A stretch of DNA of 64,000 nt. Origin: Monocercomonoides exilis PA203. Taxonomy: Eukaryota; Protista; Preaxostyla. Positions 39,790 through 51,890 of this stretch are shown piece after piece; the stretch's first letter is position 1, and each line of letters starts with the position of its first letter. The stretch is taken from assembly GCA_001643675.2 (NCBI GenBank), contig LSRY02000025.1, forward strand, positions 1,240,001 through 1,304,000, given 5' to 3'. Both the position numbers and the translations under genes were made by a program. Under the pieces are notes generated by a model. It saw only the letters and a list, made by a program, of their open reading frames with translations. It did no database searches and had not been told where the DNA came from.

Positions 39790-39851
39790 TATATATATAT
39801 ATATATACCATGGGTGCTTAACCCGCACCCTGGTGCCAAACCCGCACCCTG
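39790..39851. repeat. (TA)n followed by a tandem GGTGCnnAACCCGCACCCTG duplication; possible transposon terminus
   Basis: Two 20-bp direct repeats at 39813-39832 and 39832-39851, just after the (TA)n run. Confidence 0.5.
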
Positions 39852-40493
39852 CAAATTTCTTGAAAATCTAAAAGTCAATTTTTTCCTTTCAAAGAAGTTC
39901 ATTGATGATGAAATTGCTCGAAACAGGTTTCAAAAAATACTATATGGCATAATCTTTTTGAAAAATCAGAGATCTTCCCGTTATTGTTTTTTATGAAATT
40001 AATAATAATGTATCCAAAAACGATTATGTACCATTTATATATTTATCACAAGCAAAACACATTTCCCAATTTTTGTTATTTTCCACAAACCAAAATAGCT
40101 TTCATAAAAATAAATTTTAAAGGGAAGTTGTTAATTCATTAACAATTCATATTTTCATTGATATGTGAAGAATTCGTTATTTTCATGGTTTGTATTTAAA
40201 AAGACTTTTCAAACCACATATTTTGTGATGATGATTATATATTATTCGAAAATTATAACAACAATAAGAATTTTAATTTTCTTTATTGAAAATGAAGTGT
40301 GAATAAAAAAAAAGAGTTATCGTTTGCATTTAAATTGCATTTATCATGTGTGTTCTATTATTTATCATTAATATTTTAAGTTATTTATTTTTTAACATTC
40401 ATTTTTTGACTAATGAAAATAACAAATTAATCATTCTTTTATATCTTTTTAATAATCTTTTGAAAAGTAACACATAATTTCCAACACAGGAAA

Positions 40494-41090
40494 ATGTATG
40501 TTTTGGATCAAATAGTTAAGCTGTTCATGCTGCTTTATGGAAGGAATGAGAAGAAGGAGATGGAGATTGGCGCTTTGCAGAAAATAGAACAAACTGCTTC
40601 CCTGATCCTGTTCAAGGGATACAATCTCGCGCTTTATTCATTTGATGAAATGGAAAACCCTCTTCAATCGCTTTCAAATTTGAGTCCTCACATTGTATTA
40701 TTCTCAGAACACATGGTGATCTGCATTGTGATGCACTCCGACTTATTGTCCGATGATGATTCAGACTCATCGTCCATCTCTTCATCAACAGTTGCAACGT
40801 CTGCCAGTGACGACGATGATGATGACTCTCTGCCCTCATCAGCCTTTGAGGATGAAGATTATTACAAAAAAGAGTGTCTGAGGTGGAAGGCGCCTGAGCT
40901 GCTGATGAACAAGAAGATGAGGGCAACCAAGGAGTCGGTTTCATTCTCAATTGGGATGATGCTGTGGGAGTGCCTGACCCTTCAAATCCCATTTGGAGAA
41001 TATGAGGCTGTGACAGCAGGGCAGAAGATTGTGAATCGGGAGAGGCCAATCTTGTGCAGTTGGGATAGTAACAAAATTTGTGTCTGTTGA
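40494..41090 (+). pseudogene. Isolated pseudokinase C-terminal fragment of the 30932-38728 family
   Basis: Highly similar to 37930-38470 (NLSPHIVLFSEHMVICIVMHSD, CLRWKAPEL, GMMLWECLTLQIPFGEY); no ectodomain or TM. Confidence 0.88.
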
Positions 41091-41724
41091 AGCGCACACG
41101 CCGTCAGAAGCGTGAGAGTGGTTGATGCTTTGCGAGCTGCGGCATTTGTTTTTTGGGCATTTTTGGGAAAGAGTAGAGATAGTGTAGATATCGGATTCAA
41201 TTGCCCTGAAGGAAACAACACAGAATGACAAGCAAAGCCTAACTTTGGAAACTACGTTCATCAATGGAAGTTCAAAGTGCGAAAAGTGGATTAAATGCTG
41301 GTGATAATTGTTCTCTGTTAAGAAAGTATTTTCGTTTTCAAATCAACCTCAATATTTTCATTTATTTTTTCGAGAGAATTTCTCTCTACGCAGTTTGGTT
41401 CTGAATTTTTTCGCATTTCTTCTTTTATCAGATATCGTGTTTAAAGAGTTCGTATGTTGTGCGGAACTTTCTATATTTTATTTTCAGCAAAGAATATCCA
41501 ATTTTTTTGTGCAATACATAATTATTTATATATCTTTGTTTTTTTTATAAATAAGGCCTCTATTTTTAAATAAAGCTAATTCTTGTTATTTTTGTAAATT
41601 TCGAAAAAATATGTTTTTTAATATTGGTGAAATTGAAAATATATAATTAATGCAAAAGATGCATGATCAAGTTGATTAAGTGCAAAATCAAAATGACACA
41701 GAATCATTTTCAAAAAAATTGGAT

Positions 41725-43990
41725 TTATTTTATTTCATTTTCATCAGCACTCTCCACCCTTTCTTTCGTTAAAGCCTCCATTCGATGCACATCCTCCGTA
41801 TCCACCTCCAAAATCAAAACTTCTTCCTTCTCGTCCACCTCTTTTTCTTCTCCTGCATTCACTTCAACTTCCAAAGCCCCGCCCTTTTCTAATGCTTCTT
41901 TCTTTGCCTCTTCCAACGCTTCCTTCATTCCTGTTTCGTTCTCTGTTCACAACAGAGACCACTTCTCTGGCAACAACCTTCGGTTGCTCTGTAACAGTTG
42001 TTGGAAATAAAAAGCGGGACATGTCAGATTCTCAACAAATGTGTCCATTGGATTACACTTTACGAAAGCACGAACACTGAACAATGCACACCCAAATAAC
42101 AAGGTCCGGAAAAGTTTCTTCTGCCTTGCGGTGATGGAAGCAGTGATATGAAGCTTTGACTCACTGACCGATTGTGCTCATTCACTACAAAGAACAAAGT
42201 CTTTATCTCAATAGCACATGTAATAAACGCAAACATTTTGAGTTTCTTTTTGTATCAAACTTTTTGTGATTATGTTTGAAGCAACATAATCAACACGTTC
42301 TTCCAAACTTTCTTCTCCAACCATTCTTTTTTCTTAATTCCGTAAATAACTGCTTCTTCATCATATTTTCTTTCCTTTTTCTCTTTTTGTCTCTTTCTTT
42401 CTCTTTCAGCTTCTATTTTCAATTTTTTCCCCTTCCTCTTTTATTATTCGTCTTTTGAATCCTCCTCTTCTTCTTCCGTACAAAACTTCTCCCTTTCATA
42501 TTGCTCTGTTCTCTTCGCCTGTACCATCTTCCTTCAGTTCTTTATACACAACAGTGCAACATATTTGAAGAACGAGACAAGCGAGTGTTAAATAGCTCTA
42601 ATCGGTTCTGCTGCATCCCATCCAGCTGCCTTCATCATCTGTGCCTATGTTGTAGCCGAAATGAAATTGAATCGCAATCAGCCTTTCCATTCCTTCATCT
42701 TCTGGATTAACTCATCTGTCTAGTTGCACGTCGCAATGCATATCCATCCCCGTACGCATCAGCATGTTCTTCCAGAACAAGAAACGTTGGTCTCTGTTTT
42801 CGTCCGGGAAAACTTAACAATTATCAGTTCTTCATGTGGATAATCAAAGCCCCATGTTGTCAAATCTGTTGCAGAAAAAACCTCAATAAAACCCATTAAA
42901 AATAACTTCGGTGTATGTTCACTCTGAGCAGGCGAAATCACCATTCGATTACTTACAGTGGAAAGACTTCAACTCAGCACACATACACAGCTCGTAAGCC
43001 TCGGCCTTCTTGTCAGTGAAGATGACGAACAATCTGTGAATTTCTCAAAAGTCATTGAACACTCTCCAATAATTCCATTGAACTCCTCACACGAGGTTGC
43101 CATAACACTGCACTTCACACCAGATGAAATAGCAAACATATATGAACCAACATGATCATCATAAACAGAATTGAGCTTCAGAAATAGATATTGCATCGCA
43201 TGTGGTTGACATGCAGCAGCAGTGTGACAAAGAACAAAATGACTGAAGGTTCAAACTCGCCTAGGAAAGGTTGATGGACATGGTTGTTGAGCCATGAAAA
43301 AATAAAGAAAAAGAAGTTCAAAAGCTTATTTGAAATCGCGATGGCGAGTGAGTTGGTGAAGATAAGCTTTGCTTTGGATCTGAACACCAAAAAAACTTTT
43401 TGTACTGATCAGTCCTCACTTTCTCCGTCTTTTTTGCCACATCTAGAAGCATCCCGAAGCAATCAAAAGGCGAATTCAATTAGCATCTCCACGTCTGGCA
43501 CGAATCCAAAGTTCAGTATCCTGTCAATCTCATCAATTGCAAATAAACCCAAAGCATTATGGTCTCTCCTTTTTCCCTTGATCGAAACCTTCTTCTCCTT
43601 TGAAAGTATTTCTTGTATTATAACTGCCCCATCCTGGGTCCTTCCACACGATAATGTTTTTTTGTTTCATCAGATCAAAAAGTTGGCCTGGAGTCGCACA
43701 AGCCACGTCTGTTCCGCTGGATTTTATGCTCCATTGCTCCGTGCTCGATTCCATCCCAATGTGTAGTCTCCTTTGATATTCAGCCTGTTTGTGGTTTCGA
43801 TGGCACTCAGGTGAAAGCTTTGAATCCGAGCACTCGGAAGCCTGCAACTTTTCCAGAGAAATAACAGTAGATTCTGTGAAAGAAGAATGTGAGAAAGAAG
43901 AAGAAAATGAGGGATTCCCTATTTATAGTCGGAATGCAATTATTAAACATGTTGGGAACACATTCATAATGATTGATTCACAAAAGGATC
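41725..43990 (-). pseudogene. Decayed coding-like sequence of unknown family
   Basis: Higher GC than the flanks, short broken ORFs and an E/K-rich end; no motif recognised. Confidence 0.3.
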
Positions 43991-46900
43991 CGATTTGAAC
44001 AGTGAATACTTTGGTTGGCGCATGTACAACAAGTAGTTCCGCTTTTTTTTCTTTAATCACCTTCCATTTTCAAAGAGTTTTCCTGTTTTTAACAATTATA
44101 AAATTTTTTTTAACAATCAAAAGAATAGAAATACAAATAAAGAATTAGAAAAGTAAAACAAGTTGCTGAAGGCACAAACCTAGATAAACGAAAGTATTTC
44201 TTTTATATTCAGAGTGAGAAACTTGAAATATATAAAATACTCTTCATTCCGTCATTAATCTCTCTGCGGATAGGAAAAAGTTTATCAAAACCAATCATTT
44301 TTGAAATTCGTTCATGGATAATCAAATTTGCACATGAACGCCATATTATTATTAGATTATCTTGTTATTTCCCATTCGTCAAGCCACTACAGAAATAATT
44401 AAAAATTGATCTTGGATAAATAACAATACTATTAAAAGCTTTTTTTCAGAATTGTCAAAATTCCAAAAGCAAACCATGTGTAAGGATGATTCTCAAGATG
44501 GGCATCATGCATGCAGAATAAAAGAAACGGGTCAGAAATTCTTTTTGAAAAATCAGAGATCGTCTGACATTTGCTTTTTTTCAAATAATAAATAATATAA
44601 CATTTTGCAACGTTGTTCCATTGAAGTGCAAATTACAATATCAACATTAATTTCACTTTTCAAAAGTTTTCGAAGAACCAAAATTGCATTCATGAAAATA
44701 AACACCTAAAAGAAATGTTTTGAATGAACTTTTCCGATTTTTATCTATCCACAATGCAACAATGGTTTATTTTGTTAATTTCTTATGGATATTTAAATTA
44801 CGAATATTGAAAAATGCATTATGTTCCTGTTTGAATGTTTTCTGTCGCAGTGAACACTTGTTAAATTATATTTGTTGAAAAAATTTAACCAACAAACATT
44901 TTTCATATTTGTATAAACCAATCCTTTGATTCAAGTTCAGATATGTTAGTTGCTTTTTTTTTTTGCAGTTTTTTAATAAACAACAATAATTTAAGGACAA
45001 ATGGTTGTTACACATTCATTATTCTTTGTTTCTACTCGATTGACAAAAAACAGTTAGAAGGTTGGACACATAAATGAAGGTTTAATTCTAAACAAAGAAA
45101 CTCGTTGTAAATGTTTCTTTATTAAACACATAACAAATAGAAAATGGCAATCTATTCGGATATGGAAAAATTGAATGTGATGTTGCACGGAAAAGAAGAT
45201 GAGAAGAGGTTCATATGCCACTGTGCGCTGAGCTTGCAGAGCTGTAGAACTCAGAAGATTTGTTTGAATCGGAAAATTTTTGTTTGTGTCCTTCTTTTCT
45301 TCGCCCAGGCTTTGGTTAGCTTATCGCTCGCTATGATTAGCTAGAATTCTTTGGTATTCTTTTCCTACAGCAATCTTTCGCTCCTTCGTTGAATTTCAAG
45401 CAACACTGCACATCCTCTTCATCTTCAAAAGTGAAAACTCAACAGATTTTCTCAGCCATCATTCGGAGGAGAAAAAAAAATTGGATATTCCACAGGCTTA
45501 CTCAGGCTTTGCTTTGAAGAAGGCGCTGCTATCGCTTTGAATGAAGCGGAATTAGTAATGAAATTATTTAAATCACGTGAGTGGTATATTGGAGGTTACT
45601 GGTTAATTACAAGTTGTGTCTTGCATTTGGATGAATATATCATTGCAGTGTCTATGGAAACAATGCAGAATGTCAAAAAAGGTGACGAGGAAGTTTCATT
45701 TGCTTTCTTCTTCTTCTTCTTCCTCCTCTTTTTCTTCTTCTTCCTTCTCCAGTCGTATTTCTTCTCCTTCTGCTTCATTCTTATCAATGATATCTTCTTC
45801 ATCATCTTCTCTTTTATCTTCTTCTATTTTATCTGCAAATAATTCTTATTTTCATTCTTCTCAATCTTCTCAATCTTCTCATTCTTCTCATTCTTCTCAT
45901 TCTTCTCATTCTTCTCAATCTTCCTCTTCCTCTTCTTCTTCTTCATCTCATCCTCTTCATCATCACCACCGCCACCATTGTCCAATCCATTTCACTCCCA
46001 ATCTCCAAATGTTACCCCTTCTAACTCACACGTCCAGGTTCTGTCTCCACAACACGCAGATACCGGCTTCCACATAATGTGTTCACGTCATCTTGCTCCT
46101 TTCGCTTCTCCTCTCCCCACTTTTCTACACACATCGGTCCATCTCCTTATTCCCACCCCTGCATCTTCCTCTACCCCGATGTCACCTCCTCTCACCTTCT
46201 CCTCTTTTTCGTCCAGAGTTAAAGAGTTAGAAAGACGAAGATTGCGGTGCTTTCACGAGCTGATGAAGCTGCAAAAGCAGAAAAATGTTCGTTTAATGGA
46301 AGCATTGAGTCTTTAAGGCTGATGAAGCTAAGAGCAGAGGAAGAGACAGGCTCCTGTGATAGATACAACGAAGAAGATGAGGAAAATGAGGAATTAGAAG
46401 AAGAAGAGTTCGATGGGGAAGCAGACGAAGAGAGAGGAGGGTTCTGTTTGTATGATGTTGATAATTGGAGCGACAAGACAGACTATGCAGAGACAAAGAC
46501 AGAAGCAGAAGCGTCAGAGAAGGATAGGAAGAAGAAGAGGAGGAAAGAAGAGTTCATTCTGGAGGTTTGTGCAGACGGCAGATTCACGACGATGATGAGC
46601 GAGAGAAACCTGATGCAAAACCAGAGGGAGAAGGAGAAGAGATTGATAAGGAGGAAGATAATGATGAAGCAGATGAAGAAGGATGATGATGTGTTTCGTG
46701 AAAGCGAGTGGTTATCTCCATGGTGCGAATTGGGAAGCAGAGGAGGAGGAAGAAGAGAGGAAAGAAGAAACAGAGGAAGAGAAGGAGGAAGTGATAGAGG
46801 AATCAGCAAAGGAGGAGGAGATGGTAATGGAGGAGGAGGAAGAGGAGGAACAGTGGTAAGAGAGAGGAGCGAAGGGAGAGAAGAAAGAGAGAAGGAGGAG

Positions 46901-47232
46901 CTGCAGTATGAGCAAGTGATGCTGTTGAAGAAAACGGGGCTGGTGTTTGAAGGGAGAGAAGTGAGTGAGATATGAATTTTGTATGACAGCGAGATAATCC
47001 TCAACTTGGGCAATGAAGTCGGATGAGAGGCAGAAGAAGAAGAGCAAAGTTTGCCAAGAAGGCAGAGAACGCCAAAGAAGCACAGGAGACAGAGAGTGAA
47101 CTACGAAGAAAACGAGCATTTTGCACTGCAGCATCAGTAGAGTGGCTCGAAAGTGCCTGGCTCAGATTCGATTCTCTTGAGTCATTCGATTTCTGAACAT
47201 CCGTTTGCATTGTCTGCCTTTTCTGCTTCTTC

Positions 47233-47409
47233 TCTTCATCTTCTTCATCTTCTTCATCTTCTTCATCTTCTTCATCTTCTTCATCTTCTTCATCTTCTTC
47301 ATCTTCTTCTTCTTCTTCATCTTCTTCATCTTCTTCATCTTCTTCATCTTCTTCATCTTCTTCATCTTCTTCATCTTCTTCATCTTCTTCATCTTCTTCT
47401 TCTTCTTCA

Positions 47410-47441
<32 letters not shown>

Positions 47442-47470
47442 ATCATCATCATCTTCTTCTTCTTCTTCTT
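47233..47470. repeat. (CATCTTCTT)n 9-mer microsatellite
   Basis: Direct reading; encodes (EDE)n on the minus strand. Confidence 0.92.
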
Positions 47471-47960
47471 CAACAGATTCTTCTTCTCCATTCACATTCA
47501 GTGAAAATGTCGCTTTGCTTGAATCACCAGGTCTTCGTGTGTGTTTGTTTGAGCAAACGGAAGAAGAAAGAGAGAAAGAGAAAGCGAAAAAAGAAGGAAA
47601 AGCTAAAAAAATGAGAAATTCAAAAAGGATAAAGAAAATTATGAGAAAAATATGAAGAATAATGAGAAAGAGGAGTGGAAAGGAGAGAAAAAGAAAAAAG
47701 GGGTAAAGGAAAAGAAAGTTAAAGAAAAGGAAAAGATGAAAAAGATGAAAAAGAAGAAAACATTGGACAAATCAAACAAAAAATCACTTCTTCCAACCAA
47801 ACAACTCCCTCCCCCAATCATCTTCACTTCAATTCAACTAATCATTCCACATCTTCTTTCGTTTCTCGTTTATCCTCAGTACCTTCTCATTCTTCTCTTC
47901 CTCCTCTTCCTCTTCCTCTTCTTCCTCTTCCTCTTCTTCACCTTCTCCATCTTCTCCTTT

Positions 47961-48793
47961 CTATTTCTTCATTCGTTTCAATTTTTTCTTTCCCATCTCT
48001 TTTTCCTCCTGCATCACACCTTCATCCACATCTTCCTCTTCTTCAATAAATATAACTTCTTTTGTTGCATTGTCGTTGACTTGTTTTTGGTCAGTGAGAA
48101 CTTTGCGGCGAATTGGCTCAATGTCAGAATCTTCAGTCTCATCGTAATTTTCGTTATCATCAATATTTTCAGTTGAAAGCTTATTTGGAAAAATAATTCT
48201 GCCTTCTTCATTCTCTTTATCAATAACTTTCAACTTCTCTAATCTCCTTTTATATAATGAAATTGTTGAGGACCCTGTTGAAACATCTTCTTTGCAAATG
48301 TATTGACGGCTTGTTGATTGTTTTTTGTTCAAATGAAAAACACTTTCAAATGAGATCTTTCTCCATCTACTAACGGAAGAATTGAAAAAAGGAGTCACTT
48401 CAATTTGTGCTTTAGTGGATCTCCAACACAAATAAGTTTTTATATCCTTCACGACAAGCTTCAAGCTTGTCTTTGGCTTGATTCTGGGAGAGTAATCGAT
48501 GATGAATCTCTCCAATCTTTTATCCTCCTTTCTTTCATTTTTTGGGAATGCTTTGTGAAAGAAAGTGATCAAATCCTTGAGGGTGGAGATGTCCTTGCGA
48601 GATCTTTGAACGATTCTCGCAAGGACTCCAAATTCCCCATCAACCTCGCTTTTCCCGTGACCTTCTCCGAAAAAGGAAAGCGAGGTTGTATCAAATGTTT
48701 CATGAATGGAGGAAGACGGATGAAGCAAAAAAAAGAGAAAGCAGCCGTTTCTGAAGTGTGGACCGCAGTCTGTCCACACTTTCAGATGAGAAT
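47961..48793 (-). pseudogene. C-terminal part of a Sola-like DDD transposase disrupted by the hAT insertion
   Basis: LKVWTDCGPHFRN and FGEGHGKSEVDGEFG motifs. Joins the 58173+ half in frame once the hAT element and one TSD copy are removed. Confidence 0.8.
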
Positions 48794-49455
48794 TAGGCCT
48801 TTGCGACACAGAAAAAATTTTCGTTTGTGTCGGTCGTTTAAGTCGGCTCGTGTCGGAATCAATTTATGAGTAAAAAATCTTTCAAATAAATATTTTCTTT
48901 TTAAAAAAATTTCAAATTAACAAACTTTTCTTTATTTTTTGTGTATTCAGGAAAAAAATAAATTTTTTTATAAAAAATTCCCATTATTCTTTTTGAATTT
49001 AAAAATTTTAATGGGATTGATCAAATATTTTCTGGATGTTTTGTTGTTTTTTCAAGCAAATACAAATTCAGTCAATCTTCTTTTTGAATGAATAAGATGA
49101 AAAATTAATATGTTCACATATTAACCACACAAAAGATGGTTGTTTTCGGTTCCAACAACTGTGTTTTCTGTTTTTTTTTTTGATATATAAAAAGTCGTGA
49201 ATTTAATCATTTCAGTTTGTTGATCTTCATTATGAATGTTTTATTTTGAACGCCAATCAGTTTTCTTTGAAGTTTGAGATTGCTTTATGCAAACAAAGAA
49301 TAACAGATAAATGAGAAAAAGAAGGGGCTATCTAGGAATAAAATGAAATGAAAACATATATCGATGTGACAAAATGAACAGTGAAGAAGAATAGTGAAAA
49401 AGCAGAAAAGGAAATTTGAAGAAAAAATAACAACAAAATTTTGAAGAAAAAAGAT

Positions 49456-49456
<1 letters not shown>

Positions 49457-49516
<60 letters not shown>
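49457..49516. repeat. T60 homopolymer
   Basis: Direct reading. Confidence 0.95.
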
Positions 49517-49517
<1 letters not shown>

Positions 49518-49739
49518 GAGTCGTTGAATATTTTAAATCTGAGAGTGATCAGCAATTCACATTTACAGAAAATATCTCCACAAAGTCGCTGAATGGGCAT
49601 TGGAAAAAGTTGAGGAAGAAGAGACAAGAAAGCAAACACTATCACCTTCAATTTTCTCGGCTGACACAGAAACAACTTTTGAAAAGCAGAAGATTTGTGC
49701 CCTCTTTCTCATCCATTTCGATCTTTGTGAATACAAAGG

Positions 49740-50245
49740 ATTGCTCGTCTCCTCATGAAAAACTGATTGCTTACTCAAAGGATTCGTTGTCTATGCTGCA
49801 ACATGGGATGAACGAGAAGAAAGAGATGGCAATTGGCACTCTGCAGGAGAGGGAGCAGACAGCAGCTCAAATCCTGTTCTGGGTGGCAAATGGAGCTCTC
49901 AACTCATTTGATGAAATGAAAATTCCGCTTCAATCACTGGCAAATCTGAGTCCGCATATTGTATTGTTCTCGGAGCATATGATCATCACAATTGCACTTC
50001 ATTTTGACAGTTCAACCGACTCAGACAAGTCATCCATCTCATCCACTTCCACGATTGTGACACTTCGTCTGATGGCTCGCTGATGAATAAGAATGGAAAA
50101 GACTCTCCACCACCTTCATCAGCGTTTGAGGACGAGGCAGACAATAGAGAGGAGTGTCTGAGGTGGAAAGCGCCAGAGCTGCAGATGAACAAGAAGATGA
50201 GGGCAACAAAGGAATCGGTACTGTTCTCAATTGGGATGTTGTGGA
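49740..50245 (+). pseudogene. Frameshifted pseudokinase fragment of the receptor family, inside the hAT element
   Basis: CSSPHEKLI, EMAIGTLQEREQTAAQILFWVAN, NLSPHIVLFSEH, CLRWKAPEL, FSIGM; homologous to 37890-38380. Confidence 0.9.
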
Positions 50246-50899
50246 TAAAGTTCTTAATAGAAGTTATTTTTTTGTTCTTAGAAAATATTCGTTTGTGAAT
50301 TTTGTTTTTTTCTATATTTCATGACCAACATTTCAACATTCCATGTTTTTCATTTCTTATCATTGTTTCTCTTATTTTTGAAGTTACTCATTTTTGTTCT
50401 CATATTTCACATATGTTTCATCTATTTTAATAATATATTTAATATAAATATTTTGTTGATCTGAACTTTTGTATTGATTTATTTTTGTTTTCTATGCACT
50501 TCACCTTATTTATTTTCTATGTTTGCTCCTGTTATTATTTAAATTTTTAATTATCAATATTTCTGATTCTGGATGAAGAATATGAAATTAACAAATAAAA
50601 AAACATTAATTAATTATGTCCATTTGTCGTTAAATCAGTTTTTCAAAGCTTCGTTTTCAAATGTTTGATTTTTGATTAATGCAGGAATTAACCACTCCTC
50701 TTCTTCTTTCCTGGACTTTAACTTTTCTTTTGATCTTTTCATTCTTCTGTTTCTTCATTTTTTCATCTTCAATCAATTTCACGCATTCATTCTGCACAGT
50801 TCACACATCCTGAATCGCCTCCTCAAAGTTCTTCACCAGCAACAGCCCAACAGACTTGAAGAACGTCACCACCGAACCAGAAACAGCCACTATCTGCTC

Positions 50900-51890
50900 T
50901 GTTGCAGCTTTTCACTCAGCTCTCATCAGCCATGTGATCGAATGCTCCGAAATGTGTTCGAACCAAACCGCTCTCTTCAGTTCCACCATCGCCAGGTGAA
51001 ACTCTTCAATCAGTTTGTTCAGCGCAATGAATGCATATTCTTGTCCACACCTCTCTGTTCTTCCCGAACGTTGCAAGTTATTCTGAGTGACTATCTGCGC
51101 ATTTGTTTCAATAATCAGACACACTTGCAGAACATTAATTTTTCACTCTGCAATATCAGTGGCAATCAGCACAGCAATGTTTCTCATCATGAATGGCCGC
51201 AGCGTCTGTTCTTTCCGCCTGTGGACAATGCTATCATGCAACGGCTTACAGTTGAAAGACTTCAAGTTTGCACACACGTTCAATACGATCGCATCAGCAT
51301 TCTGGTCGCATAATATGATCAGTCATCTGTGGATTCCTCCAAATGTCTTCTGACGGTTTAAGATAATATCGCTCTGCTTTTTTTGTGAGGTCTTCATCAC
51401 ATTGTGCTTCACACGCAATGAAATGGCAAACATATCCGATCCCACGAGATCAGTCCACACTGAATTTGGTTTTTGTTAGTAGAAAGTGTCTTCTTCGATG
51501 ATTGAACCACGGTGGCAACTTGTCAAAGAACAAAAGGATCTTTGTGCCAAAATGCTCAGCGGAGAGGTTTTCAGAGGATGAAGTTGAGTTTTGTTGAAGT
51601 AGAGGAGTTGGAAGAAGAAAACTTGAAGTGAATTGGAGATGGAGATGGAAAGGAAACAGGCGGAGGAAAGCTTTGTGCAAAATCGGACCATCCAAAGAAT
51701 GTTCTTTCATGTTCACTTTCACCTTCTCTATCATTTTTGTCTCCATTTGAAGCTTCCTGAAATGATGCAAGATCAAATAACATGATTTTCTCCACATCTG
51801 ACATGAACGCAAAGTCCAACATCCTGTCAATCTTATTTATCGCAAAAAAACTCAAAATACTTCAACTTCTCCCTTTCCATTTTTCACTGC
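50900..51890 (-). pseudogene. DEAD-box RNA helicase (DDX21/DDX50-like) pseudogene fragment inside the hAT element
   Basis: Across frames: AINKIDRMLDFAFMSDVEKI (motif II), ILLFFDKLPPW (III), VD-LVG, LIILCDQNADA (IV), PLHDSIVHRRKEQTL..F...NIAVLIATDIA (IVa/V), QRSGRTERCG (VI). Colinear with DDX21; multiple stops and frameshifts. Confidence 0.8.

Noticed and set aside
42700-43850. Possible tyrosine recombinase or retroelement remnant
   Set aside because: No ordered catalytic motifs could be recovered; left as unknown decayed sequence.
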